Below, one piece after another: positions 46,445 through 54,949 of a stretch of DNA of 64,000 nt; within the stretch, counting starts at the first letter, position 1; every line of letters begins with the position of its first letter. A program made the translations under genes and the position numbers. The notes beneath the pieces are model-generated. The model had not been told where the DNA came from. It made no database searches and saw only the letters and a program-made list of their open reading frames with translations. This DNA comes from Collinsella aerofaciens. GTDB taxonomy: Bacteria; Actinomycetota; Coriobacteriia; Coriobacteriales; Coriobacteriaceae. Location of the stretch: the NCBI GenBank assembly GCA_905213325.1, contig CAJMHW010000004.1:2455-66454 (forward strand), in the 5' to 3' direction.

Positions 46445-47769
46445 GCCTGCAAACGAGGATTAAGGCTGCCGGCGCTGCAGCGGCGGCAGCGCCTGTAGAT
46501 GCGGGGCGTCGCCGCGCGGTGAAACGACGTACTAAGCGCGCCGTGATGGACCGCATGGGTTACGACGAAGTGGCGCGTATCAGCGCCTATATCGACCCGG
46601 CACTTGCCCGCTCGGAATTGCGTCCCGCGGTGGAGGCGGCGCTCAATGTTGAAGAGCCGACCGACCTCGCGACGACCGAGCGCGAGACCATCATCGACGA
46701 GATTTTGGATGACGTGGTGGGCTTGGGGCCGTTGCAGCCGCTCATCGAGGACGACACCGTTACCGAGATCATGATCAACGGCTGCCGCTCGGCTTTCTTT
46801 GAACGCGGCGGCGTCTTGTACCCCATCGAGCATGCGTTTGAGGATGATGAGCAGATCCGTGTGCTTATCGACCGCATCATCTCGCCACTTGGCCGCCGTA
46901 TCGACGAACGCAGCCCCATCGTCAACGCCCGCCTCAAAACGGGCTATCGCGTCAACGCGGTGATTCCGCCTGTGGCGATTGACGGACCGATTCTCACCAT
47001 CCGAAAGTTCTCGGACCGTATCTGCTCACTGGACGAGCTTGTGGGGCTGGGGTCGCTGCCGCTTTGGTATGCGCAGCTGCTGTCGTGCGCGGTGTCGCTG
47101 CGACAGGACCTGGCGGTTGCGGGAGGCACGGGATCTGGTAAGACCACCCTGCTCAACGCGTTGTCATGCGAGATTTCCACCGGCGAGCGCATCGTGACGA
47201 TCGAGGACTCTGCCGAGCTCAAGTTTGCGCATCATCCGCACGTGGTGCGCCTAGAGGCGCGCGAGGCTTCAATTGAGGGTGAGGGTGCGGTGACGATTCG
47301 CGACCTAGTAACTAATGCCCTGCGCATGCGCCCCGACCGCATCGTGGTGGGCGAGGTGCGTGGTGCCGAGTGCTGCGACATGTTGCAGGCCATGAACACG
47401 GGCCACGACGGGTCGCTCACCACACTTCATGCGGGTTCAGAACAGGAGACCGTGGTGCGTCTGACGTTGCTTGCACGTTATGGCATCGATCTGCCGAGCG
47501 AGCTCATCGAGGAGCAGATTGCCATGGCGCTCGACGGCATCGTGATGTCCGAGCGCCACGCCGATGGCAGGCGTTTCGTCTCCTCGTATTCGGGGGTGCG
47601 TCGCGCCGCGTCGGGCGGCGTAGAGCTCGAGCGCTATGTGACTTTCGATGCCGCCGAGCGCACCTGGACGCTTGACCGCGAGCCGCCGTTTATCGCAGAA
47701 GGCCTGCGGTCGGGGACGCTCACACAAGAGGAGGTGGACGAATGGAGGTCGCTGTGCCCCTCGTCGTAG
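46441..47769 (+). CDS. tadA: Tad secretion ATPase CpaF/TadA (type II/IV secretion NTPase)
   Basis: Walker [10 protein letters not shown], followed by IEDSAEL and [11 protein letters not shown] motifs. Confidence 0.9.
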   Translation: MSLQTRIKAAGAAAAAAPVDAGRRRAVKRRTKRAVMDRMGYDEVARISAYIDPALARSELRPAVEAALNVEEPTDLATTERETIIDEILDDVVGLGPLQPLIEDDTVTEIMINGCRSAFFERGGVLYPIEHAFEDDEQIRVLIDRIISPLGRRIDERSPIVNARLKTGYRVNAVIPPVAIDGPILTIRKFSDRICSLDELVGLGSLPLWYAQLLSCAVSLRQDLAVAGGTGSGKTTLLNALSCEISTGERIVTIEDSAELKFAHHPHVVRLEAREASIEGEGAVTIRDLVTNALRMRPDRIVVGEVRGAECCDMLQAMNTGHDGSLTTLHAGSEQETVVRLTLLARYGIDLPSELIEEQIAMALDGIVMSERHADGRRFVSSYSGVRRAASGGVELERYVTFDAAERTWTLDREPPFIAEGLRSGTLTQEEVDEWRSLCPSS

Positions 47770-48668
47770 GGGGTTTGGCAGGGTTTTCTGTTGCGACGGC
47801 GTGCGGGGCGGAACCTCGTGTGCCGCAGGTGCCGCCGGCGGAGCTGGCGCGTCAGGCGCTCGAGACGGTGGCAGAGAGGCTGCCGCGTGAGCTGGTGGAA
47901 AACGATCTGCTGAAAAAGATCGCCCGTTCGTGGACATCGCTGGCTCCGGCGCATCGCCTTGGCCTCGTGATCGAAGATGCTTCGGGGCGTTTGGCGTTTC
48001 TACTGCTATCGAGCGGTGTCTGCTGCGTTTTACTAACGATGGTGTCGTTATCGCCCCTCGGGTTTGCCTTGGGACTTGTTGCTCCGATTGCCGCTGGCGC
48101 CGCTCGGGATGGCTTTGAGAGCCGGCGCGAGCAACACGATGCAGAAGAGGCCATGCCCGAGGCGTTTACCGCACTTTCCATGTCGCTTGCCTCGGGACAT
48201 TCGCTGGCCCAGGGCATGCGCTTTGTGGGCGCTCATGCGCAAGAACCGGTGCATACCGAGTTTTTGCGGGTGGCGGCGGCGATCGATTGCGGTATCTCGG
48301 CGACCGACGCGCTCGATGACTTGCTCGTGCGCATCGACGCCCCCGGCCTTTCGCTTGTGACCTTGGCGCTTAAGGTGTCTCAGCGCACCGGTGCTCCGCT
48401 TGCCGACTTACTGTCCGAGGCGTCGAGCATGGTGGGGGAGCGCATTGAGCTCAAGCGCCGCCTAGATGTCAAGACGTCGCAGGCTCGCATGTCTGCGCAT
48501 ATGGTCGCGGCGATGCCGGCGGGCATGTGCGCGGTGTTGGCGCTGCTTTCGGCAGATTTTCGTCGCGGTCTTGCGACGCCTGCCGGCGTGGGCGCTGTGG
48601 TGCTGGGTCTTGCCCTCAACGCCGTTGCCCTGGTGGTTATCCGACGCATTATGCGGGTGGAGCTATGA
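47742..48668 (+). CDS. tadB: TadB-like type II secretion system F-family membrane protein
   Basis: T2SSF-like membrane ORF overlapping the tadA end. Confidence 0.7.
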   Translation: MEVAVPLVVGGLAGFSVATACGAEPRVPQVPPAELARQALETVAERLPRELVENDLLKKIARSWTSLAPAHRLGLVIEDASGRLAFLLLSSGVCCVLLTMVSLSPLGFALGLVAPIAAGAARDGFESRREQHDAEEAMPEAFTALSMSLASGHSLAQGMRFVGAHAQEPVHTEFLRVAAAIDCGISATDALDDLLVRIDAPGLSLVTLALKVSQRTGAPLADLLSEASSMVGERIELKRRLDVKTSQARMSAHMVAAMPAGMCAVLALLSADFRRGLATPAGVGAVVLGLALNAVALVVIRRIMRVEL

Positions 48669-49306
48669 GCGCCCCGGTTGCAGTTGCGGCTTGCCTGTGC
48701 GCCCTGAGTGTATTTGTCGCGACGGGTTTGGATCGGGCGGATGCACGCAAGATCGCAGGGGCCTGCAAGCGCGAGGCGGTGTTGGTCGCTGCCGCGGGTC
48801 GCTCAGTGGTCGATGCCCTGACCGCGCGAGTGAAGGGCGCGGTTGGAGTGGGCGGCCCGGCGCGAGTGCCGCTCGGCGAAGTGTCCGAGATGATCGATGT
48901 TGTGCGCTTGGGTCTTTCGGCCGGTCTTTCGTTTGATGCGGCGCTTGAGATTTTCTGCGCCAACCGCCGGTCAGTGCTGGCTCTTCGCCTTGAGCGGGCC
49001 TGCATGGCGTGGCAGGTGGGCGTGGGCACGCGTGAGGACGAGTTGTTGGCCGCCGCGCGCGACCTGGACGTGCGAGCGCTCGAGACCTTTGCCATCACGG
49101 TGGGGCAGGCGCTCGCCCTGGGTGCCCCACTTGCCGAGACGCTGGCCGCTCAAAGTCGCGAGATCCGTGCGGCTCATCGCGCTGCGGTCGAGCGCGAGAT
49201 CGAGCGTGCGCCCGTCAAGCTGCTGATTCCCACCGGCACGCTCATCTTGCCGGCGTTGCTTCTGTCCATATTGGGCCCGCTGCTGGGAGCAGGCGGGATG
49301 ATGTAG
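48665..49306 (+). CDS. tadC: TadC-like type II secretion system F-family membrane protein
   Basis: ATG 48665 overlaps the tadB stop (ATGA). T2SSF-like with a C-terminal TM pair. Confidence 0.7.
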   Translation: MSAPVAVAACLCALSVFVATGLDRADARKIAGACKREAVLVAAAGRSVVDALTARVKGAVGVGGPARVPLGEVSEMIDVVRLGLSAGLSFDAALEIFCANRRSVLALRLERACMAWQVGVGTREDELLAAARDLDVRALETFAITVGQALALGAPLAETLAAQSREIRAAHRAAVEREIERAPVKLLIPTGTLILPALLLSILGPLLGAGGMM

Positions 49307-49316
49307 GGAGGAATAC

Positions 49317-49550
49317 ATGAACACGATGACTGACGTTGCTGGCAAGGTCTGGAGCTGGGCTGTTTGCCAGTCAATTCGCGCTCGCCAGCATGCCGGGGAG
49401 CTACTGCAGGAGGAGAGTGCGCAGGGCACCACCGAATACGCCATCTTGGTCGGCGTGCTCGTGGTGATCGCCATCATTGCCATTGTCGCATTTAAGGGCA
49501 AGGTCCAAGATCTATGGAACGCTATCAGCGAGGGCATCAACAGCCTGTAG
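49317..49550 (+). CDS. flp: Flp-family type IVb prepilin
   Basis: AQG-TTEYAILVGVLVVIAIIAIVAF is the Flp G/xxxxEY processing motif plus a hydrophobic helix. 77 aa. Confidence 0.8.
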   Translation: MNTMTDVAGKVWSWAVCQSIRARQHAGELLQEESAQGTTEYAILVGVLVVIAIIAIVAFKGKVQDLWNAISEGINSL

Positions 49551-49570
49551 AGGGCGAGCGCCCCATCGGG

Positions 49571-50077
49571 GTGCTGCTGGTGTTTGCTTGCCTGACCGTG
49601 GCGATAGCGGCGGTGCTTTGGGGGCTTAACGCCGCGCGGCAGCAGCGTCCTGGGGCCGCCTTCGATTCGGGCTCAGATTCGGCGGTGGCGTCTCAAAAAG
49701 ATGAGATGCGAGATGCGGACGATTCGGATGTCGCTGTCACGGCGCAAACCTTTCTGCGGACGCTCGACAAGCGGTCTGGCACTGCGACGGATTTGCCTGA
49801 GGACAACGCGATTGCGGTCCGGCTTGCATGGTCCGAGGACCGACCGATGACCGAGGCAGCAGCGGATATGTTACGCGCCTACCGCGAGGTGCCAACGGCC
49901 CAGCTCGCCCTGAGCGGCTATCTCGATATTAAGGGCAACGTATGGGGCGCCATCGTGCGCGATGGGCGCGGCTGGGTCGATATGGTGACGGTTGCCGCGG
50001 ATACCGGCGATGCTTCGTGTCGTCTGCGCGCGGTGCGCCTGGTCCCGCAAACAATAAGCTCAAAGGAGGGATCGTGA
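49571..50077 (+). CDS. Hypothetical membrane-anchored protein within tad cluster
   Basis: The ORF 49514..50077 overlaps flp. GTG 49571 would give an N-terminal TM anchor (VLLVFACLTVAIAAVLWGL). No motif recognised. Confidence 0.4.
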   Translation: MLLVFACLTVAIAAVLWGLNAARQQRPGAAFDSGSDSAVASQKDEMRDADDSDVAVTAQTFLRTLDKRSGTATDLPEDNAIAVRLAWSEDRPMTEAAADMLRAYREVPTAQLALSGYLDIKGNVWGAIVRDGRGWVDMVTVAADTGDASCRLRAVRLVPQTISSKEGS

Positions 50078-50078
50078 A

Positions 50079-50297
50079 ATGCATGGCGTTCTGCGTGAAG
50101 AGGTTGCCCAAGCGACTGTGGAATACGCCATCGTCACGGTGGCGCTGCTATCGATCGTGCTGGCGATTGCGGGACTTTGGCGTGCTGGCACCGATGGACG
50201 CTTGGCGGCGCTGGTTGAGCGGGCGGCATCCCATGGCGTTGCCTCGACGTCGGTTATCGACGCCGCTGCGGGCGCTAAGGACATCGCGTTGTATTGA
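50079..50297 (+). CDS. Second Flp-like small prepilin/pseudopilin
   Basis: 72 aa with REEVAQA-TVEYAIVTVALLSIVLAIAGL, a class III signal-like motif. Confidence 0.6.
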   Translation: MHGVLREEVAQATVEYAIVTVALLSIVLAIAGLWRAGTDGRLAALVERAASHGVASTSVIDAAAGAKDIALY

Positions 50298-50769
50298 TAT
50301 CGCGCGCGAGGACCGGGCGCAGTCTACGGTCGAGGCCGCTTTTTTGCTGCCGACGTTTCTGACGCTCATCCTTCTCGCACTGCAACCGGTGTGCCTGCTT
50401 TATACGCGCGCGGTCATGGAGTCTGCCGCCGCCGAGACCGCGCGGCTCATGACCACGACGACGGCGGAGGACGACGATCTTAAGGAGTTCACCCTCCGCC
50501 GGCTTGCCGCAGTGCCCAACGTTTCGATCTTTCATGCCGGCGGGCCGTTGTCGTGGGATATCGAGCTTGGCCGGGCCGGTGCGGGTGGCGTCTCGTCCGT
50601 GTCCGTTTCCGGCGAGGTCAAGCCGTTGCCTGTGATCGGTGCGTTTGTGCAGGCTATGGGTGGTACCGCCGAGGGCGGCTACGTTGAGCTCAAGGTTGAT
50701 GTCTCATATCAATCACGTCCCGAATGGCTGGAGGGAGATTATGATTCGTGGATTGCTGCATGGGATTAA
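50233..50769 (+). CDS. TadE-like pseudopilin
   Basis: REDRAQS-TVEAAFLLPTFLTLILLAL is TadE-like. The only canonical start (ATG 50233) overlaps the upstream gene by 65 nt, so the start is uncertain. Confidence 0.55.
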   Translation: MALPRRRLSTPLRALRTSRCIDIAREDRAQSTVEAAFLLPTFLTLILLALQPVCLLYTRAVMESAAAETARLMTTTTAEDDDLKEFTLRRLAAVPNVSIFHAGGPLSWDIELGRAGAGGVSSVSVSGEVKPLPVIGAFVQAMGGTAEGGYVELKVDVSYQSRPEWLEGDYDSWIAAWD

Positions 50770-52894
50770 GCGTTTCTGGTCTAGACGCGTTTTGACGCGC
50801 CGTCCGAGCTGCCATCGCAAGCGAGGCGGCTTTATGGGCCGCGCCGGTATCGACCTGTTTATCGAAGACGGTGCCTACACCACGCTTTCTTCTGCCGTGG
50901 TCATCCTAGTGGTGCTCACGTTGTTGTTTTCGTCGACCGCGGCGATATGGAGCATGTCGCGCGCGGGGGACACCCAGGTGGCGGCCGATAGCGGCGCGCT
51001 GGCGGGTGCCAACGTAGTGTCGTCCTATCACACGGCTGCCACGGTGGTTGATGCGAGCATCTTGAGTCTGGGGCTAGCGGGGTTTGCCACGATCGGGACG
51101 GGCCTGGTCGCCATCCTCATCCCGGGTGCCGAACCAGTTGCCGGCAATATGGTCGACACCGGGATTGAGATCATTAAAACGCGCAACAAGTTTGCCAAAA
51201 GCGCATCGGAAGGCTTGCAGAAAATCGAGACGGCTCTGCCGTATCTGATTGCCGCGCGTGCCACGCAGGCGGTGTCGGCGCAGGATACCGATAGTGTGAC
51301 CTATACCGGTACGGCGCTTGCCGTGCCCAGGATGTCCGAGTCGGATTTCGTTGCGCTCGAGGGTTCTGAGATCTCGACCGATGCCATTAAAGACACATCG
51401 AAAGATCTGGAGCGCGCAGCAGATGAGCTGCAGAAGGCCTCGGAGGAGACGGCGAAAGCAAAAGAACGCGCCTGGCTTGCGGATTGCGGTGGATCGGTTC
51501 CGGCTTCGGTCGGTAGCTGTTCATGCATGTGGGAACGTGCGAGGAGTTTGGCAAAGCTCTCGGGTGAGCAGAACCCGCATTATGCCTCGAGCATTTCGTG
51601 GGAGCCACAGGTGGCGCTCGACCGCGCGAAGACCTACTACCGTCAACGCCTGGCAGACGAAAAACCGCAGGGTTCAAGCGTCGAGACGAAGGCGGAGTCG
51701 GCGGCGCGCAAGGCGTTTTACACCTATGCGAGTACAGAGGTCAATCGTGCATATGTAACCGAGGACGAAGATGAAGTCGCTTCCTATATCCCGCTGTTGC
51801 CGCGCAACACTGACGAGGTGCGAGCGACGGAACTCTATACCGATACGGTGTGGCCAACCAGTGCCATCGATGGCAAGACGTATCTGCATTACGGAACGAG
51901 TTGCCCCAACTATAAGAAGGGGGCGCCATGCGGGCTGGCCTCGGTTGCTGCTTATGACGGGCAGGACAAATGCAATAGATGCCATTTTGGTGTTTCGTCG
52001 CTCGGTGCCGTTGCGGCTCCTTCGACTTCTATCGAAAACGGCTTTGAGTACCACTTTGATCGATTCAAAGAGGCTCTGGAAGACTACGTCGAATGCCGCA
52101 ACAAAGAACTCGAACTTGAGCGTCAGACCGAGGATGAGGCCGACCGTGCGGGCAATGCGTTTGACCAGGCCATTAAAGCGCTTTCCGGCGAGCGCCCGCG
52201 TATCGCCCCACCTGGCCGCAACGGCGTGGTCGCCTTTGCAGTTTCGGGTGACATTACCAGCCCCGATCAACTTAACTCCTCGTTTAACGCGGCAGTCAGG
52301 CTTGGCGATCGCGGTGCTATCTCTGCCGCGGTGCTGGCGCCCGATGAGGCGACGGCGCAAAACAACATGCTTTCGCGATTTTTCTCGACATTGAAGGAAC
52401 GCTCGGGCGGCGTTGCCGTCGTGCTCGACGGCGTCATGGATGTTTGGGGACGGCTACTCGTGGGATACGGAGACATCCAAGGTTCGGCCGACGAACTTAT
52501 GGACGAGATGATTAAAGACCTAGGAGGGGGCAGCGGTGCGTTGGGCTCCATTGCATCGTGGCTCGGCGATACCGTTTCGGCGTCCGTGGCGGCGCTGGGT
52601 TTGGAACCGTGCGACTTGCGACTGCGAAAGCCGGTGCTGACCGATTCCGCAAATGTCATTAAGAGTCCGGGGTCTGACATTGCGGGTCTCTCTCAAGCGC
52701 AAGACAAACTGCGAAGTATTCCGTTGGGCGTGACCGATCCCAAGGCGCTTTGCGAGGCGTTGGAATATCAAGTCGAACGCACCATTAGCGGTACGGTGTT
52801 CACACTTGCGGAGATTCCTCTGCCCGGCGGCGGCTCCATCCCGCTCACCGTCGATGTCGCCACGCTGGTTGGCGTTCTGGGCGGTGGGTCGTAA
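50741..52894 (+). CDS. Large TadG-like protein (TadG/Tad N-terminal region plus unknown ~600-aa body)
   Basis: ATG 50741 follows GGAGGGA. A TM helix is followed by GDTQVAADSGALAGANV, a TadG N-terminal-like motif. Confidence 0.55.
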   Translation: MIRGLLHGIKRFWSRRVLTRRPSCHRKRGGFMGRAGIDLFIEDGAYTTLSSAVVILVVLTLLFSSTAAIWSMSRAGDTQVAADSGALAGANVVSSYHTAATVVDASILSLGLAGFATIGTGLVAILIPGAEPVAGNMVDTGIEIIKTRNKFAKSASEGLQKIETALPYLIAARATQAVSAQDTDSVTYTGTALAVPRMSESDFVALEGSEISTDAIKDTSKDLERAADELQKASEETAKAKERAWLADCGGSVPASVGSCSCMWERARSLAKLSGEQNPHYASSISWEPQVALDRAKTYYRQRLADEKPQGSSVETKAESAARKAFYTYASTEVNRAYVTEDEDEVASYIPLLPRNTDEVRATELYTDTVWPTSAIDGKTYLHYGTSCPNYKKGAPCGLASVAAYDGQDKCNRCHFGVSSLGAVAAPSTSIENGFEYHFDRFKEALEDYVECRNKELELERQTEDEADRAGNAFDQAIKALSGERPRIAPPGRNGVVAFAVSGDITSPDQLNSSFNAAVRLGDRGAISAAVLAPDEATAQNNMLSRFFSTLKERSGGVAVVLDGVMDVWGRLLVGYGDIQGSADELMDEMIKDLGGGSGALGSIASWLGDTVSASVAALGLEPCDLRLRKPVLTDSANVIKSPGSDIAGLSQAQDKLRSIPLGVTDPKALCEALEYQVERTISGTVFTLAEIPLPGGGSIPLTVDVATLVGVLGGGS

Positions 52895-53370
52895 TGAGTA
52901 TCCGCATGCGTCTGCGCGAGGAGCGCGCCCAAGCGACGGTTGAGATGGCAGTGGTTACGCCCGTTTTGCTGGTGCTGGCACTCGTCGTGTACAACGTCAT
53001 GATCTTTGCCAGCGCTGTCGCGCGCTTCGACCGCGTGGTGCCCGACATCGTGTTGGCGCACGCTGTGGCGTCGGAGGGGGAGGGCGACGAAAGCTCTGCC
53101 GATGCCTCGGCGACGGTTCAGACTCAAATTCTGAATGCCATGGAAGGCTATGACTTGCAGATCGAAGTGTCGAGTGAGCAAGGCGCGGAGGCATCGGATG
53201 GTGGCCTGCTCTCCCTATCCGGTACGTTTAGGACCTACACCTGCACCATGTACTATGAGCCGTGGCCGACTTTTCTCAGCATCGCTGGCGTTTCGCTGGG
53301 GGCGCCGACAACGTTGTCGCACGAGCGCGCGGTGACGGTCGATCCATGGCGCCCGGGGGTGGTCATGTGA
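52894..53370 (+). CDS. TadE-like pseudopilin (second copy)
   Basis: REERAQA-TVEMAVVTPVLLVLALVVYNV. Confidence 0.65.
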   Translation: MSIRMRLREERAQATVEMAVVTPVLLVLALVVYNVMIFASAVARFDRVVPDIVLAHAVASEGEGDESSADASATVQTQILNAMEGYDLQIEVSSEQGAEASDGGLLSLSGTFRTYTCTMYYEPWPTFLSIAGVSLGAPTTLSHERAVTVDPWRPGVVM

Positions 53371-53726
53371 CCGCGGTCTCGTCCTACATCGCCTACGCGC
53401 GGGCACTCAACAGGCTGGGTTGGACGCCGGCCGAGTTTGCGGTGGCGGAGTCGTTTGTCGTGCGACTGCGCGGCATGCTGGGACGGCGTCCGGTTGCCGC
53501 CAACGGCCTGCCGCTCGTCATGGCGTTTCCACGCTGCTCTTCGGTCCATACGTGTTTTATGGCCTATCCCATCGACATCGCCTTCATCAATCGCGACGGC
53601 AATATCCTCGCGCGCTACGAAAACGTCCGTCCTTGGCACATGTGTTCCTGTCCCGGCGCCTGGGCGGTATTGGAACGCCCTTCAATCCTCGCTACACCTC
53701 CCGCCCTCCAACAAGCGCCGGCGTAA
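53367..53726 (+). CDS. DUF192-family protein
   Basis: LRGMLGRR...VHTCFMAYPIDIAFINRDGNIL matches the DUF192/COG1430 pattern. The start is GTG 53367 or ATG 53346. Confidence 0.55.
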   Translation: MTAVSSYIAYARALNRLGWTPAEFAVAESFVVRLRGMLGRRPVAANGLPLVMAFPRCSSVHTCFMAYPIDIAFINRDGNILARYENVRPWHMCSCPGAWAVLERPSILATPPALQQAPA

Positions 53727-53789
53727 GAGATTGACGACGGCGGACTTTCGTCATACGAAATTGGGTAAGATGGAGGAGAAGATGCATGG

Positions 53790-54053
53790 ATGTTGAGATC
53801 CATCCGAACGCCAAAAAAACACTTGACGGAAAAGCAGGTGCTTGGTGCCTGGTTCGCGGTTACTGAGTGCATTCGCCGCGAGTCGGAGGACGAGCCGCCG
53901 AGATGGCTTGCCATTGGATGGCTTCCAGATGGTCGAAGTGTGGAACTTGTTGCGGTCGAACTAATTCGTGGATGGCTCATTATTCATGCCCCGTCTCCGG
54001 TTCAGAAGAAATTCTGGCAAGAGATCGAGCGAGCTCGGCAGAGGGGTCGATGA
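53790..54053 (+). CDS. Small putative type II toxin partnered with an RHH antitoxin; the N-terminus appears frame-shifted at an A7 tract
   Basis: 87-aa ORF ending 1 nt into the antitoxin start (ATGATG). An upstream ATG at 53786, with a better-spaced GGAGGAG, reads MDVEIHPNAKK in the +1 frame up to the A7 run at 53813-53819. Confidence 0.5.
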   Translation: MLRSIRTPKKHLTEKQVLGAWFAVTECIRRESEDEPPRWLAIGWLPDGRSVELVAVELIRGWLIIHAPSPVQKKFWQEIERARQRGR

Positions 54054-54337
54054 TGGGCAAGACGTATACGGCCGCTAATGGTCAGGTTGTAACGGATGAA
54101 ATGATTGACGCGTGGTGTGAGTCGTACGAGCGCGGAGAGTTTCCGGATGGCGAACACACCGTTGGTGGAATCGTGCGTGGACGGCCCCCGCTCTCAGGTG
54201 AGGGGACGGCAACGCTGTCGGTCAAGATTCCTCTGGGAATGAAGGAGGCCATTCGTCGACGGGCGGCTGCCGAGGGGATGACGCCAAGTGAGTTTGCCCG
54301 TGCGGCTCTGAGTGAAAAACTTCTTGCTGCCGGCTGA
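54050..54337 (+). CDS. Ribbon-helix-helix (CopG-like) antitoxin
   Basis: The C-terminus (LSVKIPLGMKEAIRRRAAAEGMTPSEFARAALSEKL) is a typical RHH. Confidence 0.7.
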   Translation: MMGKTYTAANGQVVTDEMIDAWCESYERGEFPDGEHTVGGIVRGRPPLSGEGTATLSVKIPLGMKEAIRRRAAAEGMTPSEFARAALSEKLLAAG

Positions 54338-54460
54338 TGCCTCTGACGTGCCGATTTATAGAACCGAGGCTGTGCTCAAAAACTTTTTTAAAATTCTCGG
54401 TTGACCGGAACGCGTCCTTGGTTATACTAATCAAGCCTTGAAACAAGGCACACCTCAAAT

Positions 54461-54536
<76 letters not shown>

Positions 54537-54547
54537 TGAATTGACTA

Positions 54548-54577
54548 GGACCTCTGCAAAGGGGTCCTTTTCTTTTA
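54548..54577 (+). terminator. Terminator after tRNA-Phe
   Basis: AGGACCTC/GGGGTCCT stem followed by TTTTCTTTT. Confidence 0.65.
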
Positions 54578-54590
54578 TCGAGGGCTCTGC

Positions 54591-54776
54591 GGAAATTGCG
54601 TCCCGGAATTTGGCTTCAGAGTGGGATGCGTTTTCCGCTTTGATGTCGCTTGGGAAAGCGCGACCCGGAATCCGGCGTCAGAATGGGACGTGCTTTCCTT
54701 TTGCGGCCTTTGGCGGAAACTGCGTCCCAGATCCCGCGCTCAGAACGGGATGCGCTTTTCGGCCGCCTACTTCCGG
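54591..54776 (+). repeat. Three tandem ~62-nt degenerate repeats, each with a GCGTCCC..GGGATGC hairpin
   Basis: Units start at 54591, 54653 and 54715. The shared pattern is GGAAANNGCGNCCCRGANNNNGCNTCAGARNGGGANGNGCTTTNC. Confidence 0.8.
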
Positions 54777-54949
54777 CGCATATGTACATCTCGGCGCGCC
54801 ATCTCGGGCCCGCCCAGATATTCCTCCCGCTTTTGCGCCACTTTACAGACCGTTCGGTCGTCTGTCCGCACGCGCGGGTATACTCAAAACGATACTTTTC
54901 CTGTGCAATACGATGCAGGCTCAGCCTGCACGATCCGAAGGGGGCAGTG

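Noticed and set aside
49514-49570. The listed start of the 187-aa tad-locus ORF, which overlaps flp by 37 nt.
   Set aside because: The first 19 residues are hydrophilic and lie inside flp. A GTG at 49571 gives a direct TM anchor. The start remains uncertain, so the feature is reported with low confidence.
54650-54949. N-terminal 100-aa extension of the GH5 ORF, and the overlapping ORFs 54541-54972 and 54621-54950.
   Set aside because: They read through the 62-nt tandem repeats and show a degenerate repeating pseudo-peptide. A good RBS and the canonical GH5 N-terminus occur at 54950.
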